From a virus (taxonomy: Duplodnaviria > Caudoviricetes): DNA of 64,000 nucleotides. Positions within the stretch are counted from its first letter, which is position 1. Every line of letters begins with the position of its first letter. Positions 32,391-42,240 of this stretch are shown piece after piece. Where the stretch lies: the IMG/VR virus record IMGVR_UViG_3300008262_000055; one strand, written 5' to 3'. Below the pieces are notes generated by a model. That model saw only the letters and a list, made by a program, of their open reading frames with translations. It was not told the origin of the DNA and ran no database searches. A program made the position numbers and the translations under genes.

Positions 32391-34930
32391 TGCCAAGAGT
32401 CACATCTATTACACAGCGACAGCTCACTACTATATCACTGGGTTCGCTTCAACTACTTAACACAGGCACGGGTTTCAACGGTTTGGTTGAAACCATGGTA
32501 CTACAACCAGATGGTAAGATCTTGGTAGGTGGTTTTTTCACCCAATACAATGGAGTCACACAGACTCGTTTTGCAAGATTGAACTCAAATGGCTCACTTG
32601 ATACTGGTTATTCCACAGGTACGCTTTTTAATATCGCAGTCCGGACTATAGCACTACAATCCGATGGCAAGGTCTTAGTAGGCGGAGAGTTCACTACATT
32701 TCAAGGATCTACTCAGACTCGCATTGCGAGATTGACCTCAACTGGATTTCTTGACACTTTCACTATTGGCACGGGTTTCGACGCCTATGTCAGTGACATA
32801 GCACTACAATCAGATGGAAAGATCTTAGTAGGTGGCGATTTTACCACATACAATGGAGCCACACAGACTCGTATTGCGAGATTAAACACAGATGGCACAC
32901 GTGACACTGGCTTCACAATTGGCACGGGTTTTAACGGCTTAGTCTATGATATAGCACTACAACCGGATGGCAAGATCTTAGTGGTTGGCCAATTTACCGC
33001 ATACGATGGAGTCACACAGAATTATATCACAAGATTGAATTCGAATGGCACACGCGATACTGGTTTTTCCACAGGTTCTGGATTTGTTGGTAGCAATGCC
33101 CGCATAATAATAGTCCAACCAGATGGAAAAATCTTAGTAGGTGGGTTTTTTATCCAATACAATGGAGTCACACAGAATCGCATCACAAGATTAAATAGTG
33201 ATGGCACACGTGACACTGGTTTTGTCCAAGGCACAGGTTTCAACGGCTCAGTCAGTGCTATAGCACTACAATCAGATGGAAAAATCTTAGTAGGCGGTAG
33301 CTTCACTTCATACGATGGAGTCACACAGAATTATATCACAAGATTGAATTCGAATGGCACACGCGATACTAGTTTTGTCACAGGCACAGGTTTTAACAAC
33401 ACTACACCTGCCATTGTAGTCCAAACAGATGGCAATATCTTAGTAGGCGGAGAATTCACCACATACAATGGAGCAACGGTGAATGCTATCGTAAGACTAT
33501 CTCCGTTAGGCCAACTTCTAAACGTGCTAGTGCCTACTTATTCTCAGAGTGCGAGCAGCAACAACACAAACGAAGGCAGTGCTTTGACTATAACAATTAA
33601 TACTATTAATGTTAGTGACGGTACAGTATTGCGTTGGCGTGTACTAGATAGGCCAGAAGATTTTGCTGTTAATACAGATGTGTTTACAATCACCGCCAAT
33701 AGCGGTACGTTTTCTGTTACACCTACCGCAGATGAATCAACAGAAGGTTCAGAAACATTTAGAGTACAAGTGGAAAAACTGGCAGGCACTGTTATATTGA
33801 CTACGAGTAATTTAACTATCAATGATACCAGCATCGATTCTGGAGCGGTGGCATTTCAACAAGGAGCTGACGGTGTGGCAGTATATCAATTAACTTCAAC
33901 AATTGATACCAAGTATTCTGGAACTCCGACAATCGGTGGTGAGGCGACAACTGTTGCATTTAGTCCTGTTGGAAGTAAGTTGGCCATAGGCAGCACAGCC
34001 TCACCATACATACAGGTTTATTCAACAGATCCAGGTACGCTAACTATTGGTTCCAAATATTCCGATCCTGCTGTAGCACCAGCAGACGGCACAGGAATTA
34101 ACCCATCCGTAGGAGCAATTGCATTTCACCCGAATAATAATGCTATAGCAATGGTTCGATTTGGCGGTATAGATGTTTGGGCATGGGATCCGGTTACTGG
34201 ATTTGGCACCAAGTATGCGTATCCGAGTCAATCATTATTCACAGGATCAAATAATACAGTAACCGGAGTACAATGGAGTCCTTCGGGTAATGATATAGCT
34301 ATCTCGCATCTAGGAGCACCTTTTATATCAGTTTATCCTTGGAGTGCCGCTTCGGGATTTGGTACCAAGTATGCGGCCCCTGCTCATCCTGCGTTTAAAG
34401 TTAGCTCTGCTTATAATGTTGTATGGCACCCCAGCGGCAATGCCATAGCCTTTAGTCACTTCGGTGGCACCGACGTAGATTCGGAGTTTGTACAAGTGTG
34501 GTCTTGGATCTCAGGTACGGGATTCGGTACACGGTATACACCACCCACAGGTGTACCTGGGAATCAGCACGGTGCGGTAGGGTATAGTGTGGCATGGAGT
34601 CCTGCTGGCACAGAAATAGTACTAGGAACGGGTGGGTTTGGTGATGGTAGTGTGGTCCCCCGTATACATGCTTGGCCATGGACCAACGCTTCAGGATTTG
34701 GTACCAAGTATGCCAATCCTGCAACACCTTTAGGCAATACCAACCCCGGCGGCATACATTTCACAAAAGATCTAGTAAACCCAACGTTGATTATTGGACT
34801 ACAAAATATTTCACCGTGGGTCGCAACGTATGCGTGGTCAACAAGTGGATTTGGAGTTAAGTTAGCTGATCCTGCGACACCTCTAGTTACATATCCAGGC
34901 ACTCGCAATTCTAGCATAGCCGTAAAATAA
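32390..34930 (+). CDS. Virion-associated beta-propeller protein: delta-60 repeats, Calx-beta-like linker, WD40-like C-terminal propeller (846 aa)
   Basis: Seven LQ(P/S/T)DG(K/N)(I/V)LV(G/V)GxFxxY/F...RL repeats; TADESTEGSETF; AWSPxGxxIA blades. Confidence 0.75.
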   Translation: MPRVTSITQRQLTTISLGSLQLLNTGTGFNGLVETMVLQPDGKILVGGFFTQYNGVTQTRFARLNSNGSLDTGYSTGTLFNIAVRTIALQSDGKVLVGGEFTTFQGSTQTRIARLTSTGFLDTFTIGTGFDAYVSDIALQSDGKILVGGDFTTYNGATQTRIARLNTDGTRDTGFTIGTGFNGLVYDIALQPDGKILVVGQFTAYDGVTQNYITRLNSNGTRDTGFSTGSGFVGSNARIIIVQPDGKILVGGFFIQYNGVTQNRITRLNSDGTRDTGFVQGTGFNGSVSAIALQSDGKILVGGSFTSYDGVTQNYITRLNSNGTRDTSFVTGTGFNNTTPAIVVQTDGNILVGGEFTTYNGATVNAIVRLSPLGQLLNVLVPTYSQSASSNNTNEGSALTITINTINVSDGTVLRWRVLDRPEDFAVNTDVFTITANSGTFSVTPTADESTEGSETFRVQVEKLAGTVILTTSNLTINDTSIDSGAVAFQQGADGVAVYQLTSTIDTKYSGTPTIGGEATTVAFSPVGSKLAIGSTASPYIQVYSTDPGTLTIGSKYSDPAVAPADGTGINPSVGAIAFHPNNNAIAMVRFGGIDVWAWDPVTGFGTKYAYPSQSLFTGSNNTVTGVQWSPSGNDIAISHLGAPFISVYPWSAASGFGTKYAAPAHPAFKVSSAYNVVWHPSGNAIAFSHFGGTDVDSEFVQVWSWISGTGFGTRYTPPTGVPGNQHGAVGYSVAWSPAGTEIVLGTGGFGDGSVVPRIHAWPWTNASGFGTKYANPATPLGNTNPGGIHFTKDLVNPTLIIGLQNISPWVATYAWSTSGFGVKLADPATPLVTYPGTRNSSIAVK
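32460..33510 (+). repeat. Delta-60-type ~50-aa coding repeats (x7)
   Basis: Recurring GATGG(T/C/A)AA; exact 62-nt duplicate 33000-33061 = 33309-33370. Confidence 0.9.
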
Positions 34931-34954
34931 TAAGAAACTAGCTACGAAAATTAA

Positions 34955-36130
34955 TTAAGCTACTTTTAGAAGGATTGTATCTTCGTTGATACGTCCGTTA
35001 AGTTTGATATCCACAGCTTTGATATCTTCCAAGAACTTACGCAACTGTACCTTGCCCGCAGCCTTAAACTCTTTGATCTGCTCTTCGGGTTTACGTAGTG
35101 TCTTTTGAACACTTCGATTCTCATCAAACCCTGTCAAGGTCGTACCTTTAACACCTAGCTCGTTAAACTCATTGGTAACATACTTGCCAAGTTTACGAGT
35201 TTTTGTATTAAAGATCCAAAGTTCTTTAGCACCAATGATATCTACAGGATTAATAGACACAAGTTTGAGCTTGTCGTCCTGTTTGAGATATTTCATTTTA
35301 GCTACAACTTTGGCTTTATCGGTAGGTTTCTTAGAACGTGGCTTGCGATTTACCTTAGCTTCCTGCATTAACATATCGCAGGCACCGAGGATATCATGAT
35401 AAAACGCTGTTATCTTTTTAATCTGTGCTTTACTCAAATGGCTATAACCTTCTTTGAGTTGTTCACATTTACCTTCTTGTAGCTCTACATATTCATTATA
35501 TTGTCTTTGATAAACATCTTTGATAACACGAGCGTGTGCGGCCTTGACCTGCTTGCCTCTAAGCAGATTAAGAACTTTAAATGCTTTTGGATCAAAGGCT
35601 TCTGGATCTTCGCTGAAAGATTCCACAGCATCTTCTAACTCTTCAGACATCTTGTAAGATGTTTCACGCAAACGATCCTGGATAGTAACCTGCGGAACAA
35701 CTGGCTTTTCTTCTACTGGTTCTTCTGGTTCATAATCATTTTTGCCTGCTTGGATAATTTCAGTAATCTGTTCTCCTAACCAAGAAGCAATGTTTTTACC
35801 ATTATTAAAATCAGCACGTTGGACGGGCATACCTTTAAGTAGGTTCGCGGCAATAGCACCCATAGTACCATTACAACGCCAGTCTTTGGTTTCTTTAAAG
35901 GCTTTGATTTGATCTTTGGTATACCCTGCCTGTGACATCCAATTAATCACTTTGGGTTTTAGATCTTTGCTGCCGGTTTCGATGCGATACCAATCCATAC
36001 TAGTACGGAAATGCTTATAGAACTGCTCAGTGCTCCAAGATTCGTGTCCGTCCCATTTAGGGCTTAGGTCGCGACCTTTATTAGCTCTAGCTTCAGTCAA
36101 ATGTTTAGATTTGCTTTTGGTAACAGCCAT
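34955..36130 (-). CDS. Conserved phage hypothetical protein (391 aa)
   Basis: Long ORF, AAGGAG SD, consensus promoter upstream. Confidence 0.75.
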   Translation of the reverse strand: MAVTKSKSKHLTEARANKGRDLSPKWDGHESWSTEQFYKHFRTSMDWYRIETGSKDLKPKVINWMSQAGYTKDQIKAFKETKDWRCNGTMGAIAANLLKGMPVQRADFNNGKNIASWLGEQITEIIQAGKNDYEPEEPVEEKPVVPQVTIQDRLRETSYKMSEELEDAVESFSEDPEAFDPKAFKVLNLLRGKQVKAAHARVIKDVYQRQYNEYVELQEGKCEQLKEGYSHLSKAQIKKITAFYHDILGACDMLMQEAKVNRKPRSKKPTDKAKVVAKMKYLKQDDKLKLVSINPVDIIGAKELWIFNTKTRKLGKYVTNEFNELGVKGTTLTGFDENRSVQKTLRKPEEQIKEFKAAGKVQLRKFLEDIKAVDIKLNGRINEDTILLKVA

Positions 36131-36158
36131 CGAATGCTCCTTATCAGTTAATGCAATT

Positions 36159-36187
36159 ATTATACTACCAAATTAAGTCAGTGTCAA
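36159..36187 (-). promoter_or_regulatory. Perfect sigma70 (early) promoter
   Basis: TTGACA-N17-TATAAT. Confidence 0.9.
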
Positions 36188-36364
36188 CCGCTCAATCTCT
36201 TCTATATCACCGTCTTCGGTTTCTTTATATATGACAGCAATTGGATAATCGCTCAAAAGAGTTTGGGCAATAGCCTTGGCCTCTTTAAGGCTCTTAGTAG
36301 TTTCGATCAATTCTTGATGGCCGATATCGTCTTCGGACCAGACCTCGTAGAGTTCCCAGGTCAT
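36173..36364 (-). CDS. Hypothetical acidic protein (63 aa)
   Basis: ORF in co-directional run. Confidence 0.65.
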   Translation of the reverse strand: MTWELYEVWSEDDIGHQELIETTKSLKEAKAIAQTLLSDYPIAVIYKETEDGDIEEIERLTLT

Positions 36365-36389
36365 TTTATTTTACTTTTCTCCTATTTGG

Positions 36390-36941
36390 TTAAACAAATT
36401 TCTTCCAATCTCCGTCGGGAGCTACTGCCCAACCAAGACGTTGGAGATCATTCCGGATCTCGTCGGTTATACAGCCTTCTGGCACATATCCTCTTACACC
36501 TTCAGCGTCGCCATTGCCTAACCCGTCGCCTATTCCTGAGCAGTACCAATCTATATAGTCGCCTTGTTGTCGCATATCTGCTACAATACCCCCGGCAGAT
36601 CTCCAGGAAGCTGACCAATAATCTTTGTCCGGATCTTGTCTAAGGATTGGAATGACTGCTATTTTTATAAAATCATTATTACACATTGCCGCATATAAGT
36701 TTTGGGCATAGGATTCTCTGTCGCGGACTTTTTCTAGTATCCAATCTGTGGTTACTAGATCGTATTCCATATTGTTTACACAGGCATTAGGATCATCAAA
36801 TTTATGATCGTGATGGTCGATTATTTTTTCAAAGTAATCAAGATATGCTTCGCTAGGAGTTTCACCTTTTTCGGCTAGGCGTTTTTCATACCCTGTTTTT
36901 TGAAAAGTAAAACGATCAGGGCTTTTTGATACTTTAGTCAT
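36390..36941 (-). CDS. Hypothetical protein (183 aa)
   Basis: Start re-assigned to 36941 (ATGA overlap). Confidence 0.7.
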   Translation of the reverse strand: MTKVSKSPDRFTFQKTGYEKRLAEKGETPSEAYLDYFEKIIDHHDHKFDDPNACVNNMEYDLVTTDWILEKVRDRESYAQNLYAAMCNNDFIKIAVIPILRQDPDKDYWSASWRSAGGIVADMRQQGDYIDWYCSGIGDGLGNGDAEGVRGYVPEGCITDEIRNDLQRLGWAVAPDGDWKKFV

Positions 36942-37909
36942 TGATCGGGATCTACAGCGATTCCTCGCCATTCTTTAATTTTTAGTTCATCAGTTTCGGG
37001 AACATCTTCATGCCAGTTACCAATCCATCGAGATCCAGTCCACTTAGCTTGATATGAATAGCTGTTCTTTCCAGGAGTTTTAATTTCGTAAAGACCTTCT
37101 TTTGCTGGCTTAATTTTTTTAGGAAACCATGGGGTCATCTCATACTCGATACTGTCCATGTCTTTATACATTTCCCATTTGCCATCTTTTTGTGATCCGG
37201 CAACATAAAAACCAAAGTCTGAACTCTTACCGCTGGTGCTACCGCCATTGTTATCAATGTCTTCGCCGTCATATGTAACCATGCTGACAATTTCATTACC
37301 GTCAATTTCATCGTAGCTAATACATATCTTTGAACTATCAAACGGTTGATTTAATTCAAACTCGCCTTCAAAGAAGGTTCCTTTTTCATTACTAACACCA
37401 ACAAATACAACAGTACCTGGTTGTTTACTATCGATCCAAACTTCGTCTCCGCCACCTATTTCGGGGCTTCCGTCGCTGTATCCGTCAATGTCTTCTAAAC
37501 TAGATTCGTAAACTACGTTACTGTTTTCGTCGCAAATTTGCAGAGTGCCAGCGTTACGATCGACACCGTTTACGTGTCCCATATCGTCACACTCATACCA
37601 ACTGCCAGGGGGGAATGGCCACATATCTTCTGGTATCTCATGTTCTTCAGCATAGTCACTGTTCCAAGCAAAGTCACTTACACTAAGACGTCTGTGTTTG
37701 AAGTAATCGTAAATTTCTCGACTAACTGTTCCCATAACATACTCTCCACCGTAGCCCCACATTTGTAAAGAATATGTACACGGTGTGAATTTTAAAACAT
37801 CAATAAGTTTTTGATGTTCTGCTAGTCGCTGTGCTTCTAATTCTTCTTTAGTTGGTTCAGGAGCCTCGCCAGGAGCGAATGGCCAAGAGCCTTTGGTGTT
37901 AGTTGTCAT
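36938..37909 (-). CDS. Hypothetical acidic protein (323 aa)
   Basis: Long ORF; ATGA overlap at 37906-37909. Confidence 0.7.
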   Translation of the reverse strand: MTTNTKGSWPFAPGEAPEPTKEELEAQRLAEHQKLIDVLKFTPCTYSLQMWGYGGEYVMGTVSREIYDYFKHRRLSVSDFAWNSDYAEEHEIPEDMWPFPPGSWYECDDMGHVNGVDRNAGTLQICDENSNVVYESSLEDIDGYSDGSPEIGGGDEVWIDSKQPGTVVFVGVSNEKGTFFEGEFELNQPFDSSKICISYDEIDGNEIVSMVTYDGEDIDNNGGSTSGKSSDFGFYVAGSQKDGKWEMYKDMDSIEYEMTPWFPKKIKPAKEGLYEIKTPGKNSYSYQAKWTGSRWIGNWHEDVPETDELKIKEWRGIAVDPDQ

Positions 37910-38295
37910 ACACAATCCCCTTCTTGAGCTGCCTTAACTGTTTGAGATCTTTCTTTAGAACTATTTTTATCTTTACGAAATTGATCAACATCCTTGATCG
38001 CATTTTTTAAAGTTTCAGAATAATTATATGCGGTTTGCTGGTTCATTGTCAATACCGTTTGATGTTCAAGATACCCTTTAGTCAACAAAGTCCAAATCTG
38101 TTTAAAACGATTCATAGACCACCAAGGTGATTTTACAGTAGCATATATGGTCACGGTGATACCAATGTCTTCTGCTTCTACCCAAAGATTGTGCGAGTGG
38201 TCGTCACTGCCGCAGTCGCAAACAATGTGATATGTCTTAGCATCACCCCAATCGCTCTTTTTTAAAATGCCTTCTGCTGGTGTCTGTAATTTCAT
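37906..38295 (-). CDS. Hypothetical protein (129 aa), CxC..H motif
   Basis: IVCDCGSDDHSH. Confidence 0.65.
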   Translation of the reverse strand: MKLQTPAEGILKKSDWGDAKTYHIVCDCGSDDHSHNLWVEAEDIGITVTIYATVKSPWWSMNRFKQIWTLLTKGYLEHQTVLTMNQQTAYNYSETLKNAIKDVDQFRKDKNSSKERSQTVKAAQEGDCV

Positions 38296-38507
38296 TGTAA
38301 ATTTGGTCCTTGTAATTTTTGAACCCCAAACCGATTTTCGTAGATAGAGTCAACCATTTTAAGATAATCTTGTTCAGATAACGAAGTCCTATAAATGCTT
38401 AATGCCTGAACAGCCATAACAGCGGCAATTTCTAAAGGTTTATAATCTTCAAACATTACTTCGTTAAAGGCCATATACTTATAGTACAATTCGTCTTTAG
38501 GATCCAT
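38292..38507 (-). CDS. Hypothetical protein (71 aa)
   Basis: Operon packing. Confidence 0.6.
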   Translation of the reverse strand: MDPKDELYYKYMAFNEVMFEDYKPLEIAAVMAVQALSIYRTSLSEQDYLKMVDSIYENRFGVQKLQGPNLQ

Positions 38508-38676
38508 TCTGTATCTTTTCCTTTTTTAGTTGATGTCTAAATTCTCTCTTAAGCCACCACTTGAAGTTGTTAAAATATTCTTCATGAGTGTATCTAGGTA
38601 TGTCGGATTGGAAATGTTCTTCGCAATTTTCATACCACAGTTCTCTAACCCAAGTTCTGAATCTAGAATTTTTCAT
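38497..38676 (-). CDS. Hypothetical protein (59 aa, below ORF-track cut-off)
   Basis: Hand translation MKNSRFRTWVRELWYENCEEH...KIQNGS*; fills the gap. Confidence 0.6.
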   Translation of the reverse strand: MKNSRFRTWVRELWYENCEEHFQSDIPRYTHEEYFNNFKWWLKREFRHQLKKEKIQNGS

Positions 38677-38677
38677 A

Positions 38678-39502
38678 TTATGTCCAAAGTGATTGACGGA
38701 CTTTGATTAATCGAATCATCATCTCTTCATCTTCTTTATCGTATGCTTCTTCAATTTCTCGGCTCTTGTCAAGAGCTGTACGACACATTTCTGCCAGTTC
38801 TGGAGTTTTATCTTCCATGTCTAGAAGATGATACCCCTGTTCTCTACGTAGATCGCAGTAGGCTGTCCATCCGCCAGCATCATGTGGGTCTGGACGTTTT
38901 GGATAGACTTCTTTCCACCAGGTGTAAAGTTCAATAATTTCTTTAGCAGCATTGGCTTGGTAAGTTGGTTCAGCTTCGTGCTTTTTATCATCGTCTAGGA
39001 ATTCTTCGTTAGTCAGTGTTGCCGCCCAGCGTAGATATTCTAAGCCAGCTTCTGGGCAACGCCAAGTACGCCAACGCAGCCAACCGCTTCGCCACCACGG
39101 AACATTAAACTTAGTTCTAGACTCGTCGCTCCAAATACAGTGATGCCAGGCTTGTTCTATTTCAACAAAATCAACCAACTCATTGAATAGGCAAGGCAAA
39201 AAGCGGTTCCCCACGTCGCACCACTGACCCGGTTTAATATCCCGGGGATGAGCGGTAAGACGATGAGAATGAGAAACCCAACGGTTGTTAACGTAATATC
39301 GAACATCATTGATCCTTTCTGGTATCCAGCACCAGACATTTTGGATTTTATCTAATCCTTCTTCAGCGATCCACCAACGGATCGGGTATTCGGCCTTAGC
39401 GGCCTTTTCCCACTCTGCCCATTCTTTACCTGTGCCGCACTTTAGTTTAGTAGTGCCACGTATCCAATCGGCAAATGGAGTACAGGTCCAATAATTTCTC
39501 AT
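38678..39502 (-). CDS. Trp-rich phage hypothetical protein (274 aa)
   Basis: Long ORF with AAGGA SD and promoter. Confidence 0.75.
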   Translation of the reverse strand: MRNYWTCTPFADWIRGTTKLKCGTGKEWAEWEKAAKAEYPIRWWIAEEGLDKIQNVWCWIPERINDVRYYVNNRWVSHSHRLTAHPRDIKPGQWCDVGNRFLPCLFNELVDFVEIEQAWHHCIWSDESRTKFNVPWWRSGWLRWRTWRCPEAGLEYLRWAATLTNEEFLDDDKKHEAEPTYQANAAKEIIELYTWWKEVYPKRPDPHDAGGWTAYCDLRREQGYHLLDMEDKTPELAEMCRTALDKSREIEEAYDKEDEEMMIRLIKVRQSLWT

Positions 39503-39538
39503 ATAATTCCTTTTCAGACTTAGTAGTCGAACACTTTA

Positions 39539-39567
39539 ATTATACAATATTTTAAAAAACCTGTCAA
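39539..39567 (-). promoter_or_regulatory. Perfect sigma70 (early) promoter
   Basis: TTGACA-N17-TATAAT. Confidence 0.9.
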
Positions 39568-39574
39568 GATACTG

Positions 39575-39928
39575 TTATTTTATTAGATGTTGGGCAAGGA
39601 CCATACAGCTTATCCAAGCCCAAATGGTGTTGAATCCCACAAGGGTTGGCAGTAGTTTCTTTTCACTGGCCCAAATAAGTGTTAGACTTGTTGCTAGTGT
39701 AAAGAAATATAACCACCAAATACTAATGCCAAATATCAAACCAGGAATAATGATACACGCCTTAGCCGCCCAACTAGCAAACTCTACAGTATTGTAGTCA
39801 GTCCAATACGTCTTTGTAAACCACATGCCGTAGCATTCCTTCATTTTATCAAATCCAATGTGTTGATAAACTGCCCCACATAATACTAAAAATGCCAAAC
39901 ATCCTGATAATATTTGTATTTCGTTCAT
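39575..39928 (-). CDS. Multi-pass membrane protein, hypothetical (117 aa)
   Basis: Several hydrophobic segments. Confidence 0.6.
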   Translation of the reverse strand: MNEIQILSGCLAFLVLCGAVYQHIGFDKMKECYGMWFTKTYWTDYNTVEFASWAAKACIIIPGLIFGISIWWLYFFTLATSLTLIWASEKKLLPTLVGFNTIWAWISCMVLAQHLIK

Positions 39929-40308
39929 ATTTTCCTTTGGTAGCCTGATAGATTCAACATGATGCTATACTGCTCGTAGGCTTTTTTAACAGCTGCATTT
40001 GTTTGCCTATGGTATGCTTCTTCCCGCTCTTTATCCATGAGTGTTTGAAACATGTCGATTGGTTTGTCGTGATGTGCGACATAGTTGAAAAACTTACGTT
40101 CCATTTCAACTAAGGTGCGTAGTCTACCTTCTGGAATTTCTACAGTAAACACACGTTCAGTTTCGTATTCGACTACATCGTTTCGAACAAGATCGGCACG
40201 TTCTGGATCTGTAAAGAATTTCGGAGGATAGTATCGTGCCCTGCGTTTTTGATCGTTTAGGACACGGACCTCATAGTTTTCGCAGAACTGATTCAGTTCT
40301 TTGTTCAT
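39925..40308 (-). CDS. Hypothetical protein (127 aa)
   Basis: Operon packing. Confidence 0.65.
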   Translation of the reverse strand: MNKELNQFCENYEVRVLNDQKRRARYYPPKFFTDPERADLVRNDVVEYETERVFTVEIPEGRLRTLVEMERKFFNYVAHHDKPIDMFQTLMDKEREEAYHRQTNAAVKKAYEQYSIMLNLSGYQRKI

Positions 40309-40976
40309 TTACGTTCGCCAAATAGTTGTAATAGGCTCAAGAAGATATTGATAAAATCTAAGTAAAGACTTAGAGCACCCATTACTTCTGCTCGACCGTC
40401 GTTATCATAGCTGACCATTTCACGAATTTTTTGTGTATCATAAGCAGTCAACCCTAAGAATATAATCACAGCCAACGCACTGATGACCATTTGGAAAACT
40501 GTGCTGCCTATGAAAATATTAATGATACTAGCAATGATGATCGCAATTAATCCGATAAACATAAATTGACCAATGCTATCAAGATTCTTTTTAGTAAAAT
40601 ACCCGTAACCGCTCATAACACCAAACAATACTGCCGCAGCCATAAATGCTGACACAATACTGCCCATGTTATATACTACAAAAATTGTAGCAAAACTTAA
40701 ACCCATTAATGCGGCAAACCCATGTAAGAATAATTGTAAAGCATTCTTACTGAGATTTTCCATAGCAAAACTAACTGCTAGAATAGCAACTAGTGGTGCG
40801 AAAATTACCACCCATTTCATAGCACCAGTAAAGAAGAATGCCATTAGATCAGCCGAGTTACCGACTAAGAAGCTGACGATCATACTAGTTAAAACTGCCA
40901 ATCCCATATGTCCGTAGACTCGTCCCATGGCCGAATTAATTGCCGATGCTGAACGATATACTGATGTTGCGTACAT
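40305..40976 (-). CDS. Bax inhibitor-1 / YccA family membrane protein
   Basis: RVYGHM, about 7 TM segments, LTAYDTQKI, GALSLYLDFINIFLSLL; start 40976 follows GGAG. Confidence 0.88.
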   Translation of the reverse strand: MYATSVYRSASAINSAMGRVYGHMGLAVLTSMIVSFLVGNSADLMAFFFTGAMKWVVIFAPLVAILAVSFAMENLSKNALQLFLHGFAALMGLSFATIFVVYNMGSIVSAFMAAAVLFGVMSGYGYFTKKNLDSIGQFMFIGLIAIIIASIINIFIGSTVFQMVISALAVIIFLGLTAYDTQKIREMVSYDNDGRAEVMGALSLYLDFINIFLSLLQLFGERK

Positions 40977-40987
40977 GTTTTTCTCCA

Positions 40988-41533
40988 TTAAGTCCATAAA
41001 TCAAAATTTATTATACATCGAGGACCCTGTTTAGGAATCCCACCACCGTGTAGTATTTCTCCGTCGAATAATACCACACGACCTTTTTTTGGTTCCACTG
41101 ACTGAACAATAATATTGTTCTTATCAAAGAATACTGTAGGTCCGTCGGCATCATTGACATAATAAATGACTACGGTATGCTTGCCGGGATAATCGACATG
41201 TGGTGCGTAGTGTTTTAACTCAGTGTCATACGGTACAGTGATATAAATCCTTGCTACCATTATGTCCTTGAGAGTTAAATTATTTTTGGCACAGGCCGCT
41301 TGGGCAATCATACCAAAGTTATCTAAATGTTCAGAAACTCTAGTATTAGATTTTAAAATGTGTACAAATGACAGCGGAGGGTGTGTTAGTTCTTTCTCCT
41401 CAGCAGTTGATTCGTACTTACATCTAAAGTCAACGGTTGGATGAACAAACTCCTCTCCGTTGACTCCTAATGTAATCAGCTCATAATAATCTTGAAGATA
41501 CTCAGGAATCAAATCATCCCAAACTTTGATCAT
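40988..41533 (-). CDS. 2OG-Fe(II) oxygenase
   Basis: PHVD (HxD), IYYVN..DG.T.FF, VEPKKGRVVLFDG..LHGG, PRCIINF. Confidence 0.8.
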   Translation of the reverse strand: MIKVWDDLIPEYLQDYYELITLGVNGEEFVHPTVDFRCKYESTAEEKELTHPPLSFVHILKSNTRVSEHLDNFGMIAQAACAKNNLTLKDIMVARIYITVPYDTELKHYAPHVDYPGKHTVVIYYVNDADGPTVFFDKNNIIVQSVEPKKGRVVLFDGEILHGGGIPKQGPRCIINFDLWT

Positions 41534-42000
41534 TAGGTATCCTTTAGTATTTTCCACATTTTTTCTTTTTCAATCAATTCTTTTTCTAACTCTCGATATT
41601 GATTGCCAAGTTCTCTAAGAGATTCCCACTTATCTTCGAGCTTGTGATTATGATGTAGAATATTCAATCTTTCTTCAAGTTTAGCCAGCACTTCAGATAG
41701 ACTACTATCCCCAATTTTAATATCAGTGCCCTTTTCCATTTGTATACCGTCGGTATTAATCTTAATGGTACTTGGTGAGGTAAACGTGCTGCCACTAATA
41801 GTGTAATTACCAGAAGTGTAACATGTACTGCCAGTTGTACCGCCCCATGATATTACACATGGCGATGTAATTGACGATCCGTATGAAGAATATACCGACG
41901 GATCAATATTAAAGGTATAACAGTCGGTGCCCGACGATACTGATATGTTTGAATCTGGATCAAACTCTAGATCTAGTTGATTGGGATCTTGATCGCTCAT
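41533..42000 (-). CDS. Hypothetical protein (155 aa), Ser/Thr-rich N-half and coiled-coil C-half
   Basis: ORF packing. Confidence 0.65.
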   Translation of the reverse strand: MSDQDPNQLDLEFDPDSNISVSSGTDCYTFNIDPSVYSSYGSSITSPCVISWGGTTGSTCYTSGNYTISGSTFTSPSTIKINTDGIQMEKGTDIKIGDSSLSEVLAKLEERLNILHHNHKLEDKWESLRELGNQYRELEKELIEKEKMWKILKDT

Positions 42001-42197
42001 TATGCGTTGGCTTTAGCTTCTTTACGAGCATTTTTTTCTGCTGTAATTTCATTCCTTCTAACTTTAACTACCTTAGCTAATTCTGCTAGAGCTTTTCTGG
42101 CACGGGTACCTGCCGCAGAATTACCGCCGGTGAACTTAGCATCTTCTGCTAGAAACGTTTCAAATTGTGCTTTCAATTGTTCTACTGTGTTTGACAT
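42000..42197 (-). CDS. Small basic nucleoid-type protein (Hc1/histone H1-like)
   Basis: GNSAAGTRARKALAELAK...RRNEI. Confidence 0.6.
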   Translation of the reverse strand: MSNTVEQLKAQFETFLAEDAKFTGGNSAAGTRARKALAELAKVVKVRRNEITAEKNARKEAKANA

Positions 42198-42240
42198 AAT
42201 AATTTCCTTTTGTTAGTAGTATTCTACTTATAATAGAATC

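Noticed and set aside
30345-33510. Periodic DNA repeats as a CRISPR array or non-coding satellite
   Set aside because: Periods are multiples of 3 (126 nt; about 150 nt), variation is largely synonymous, and there are no unique spacers; these are coding repeats. No cas genes are present.
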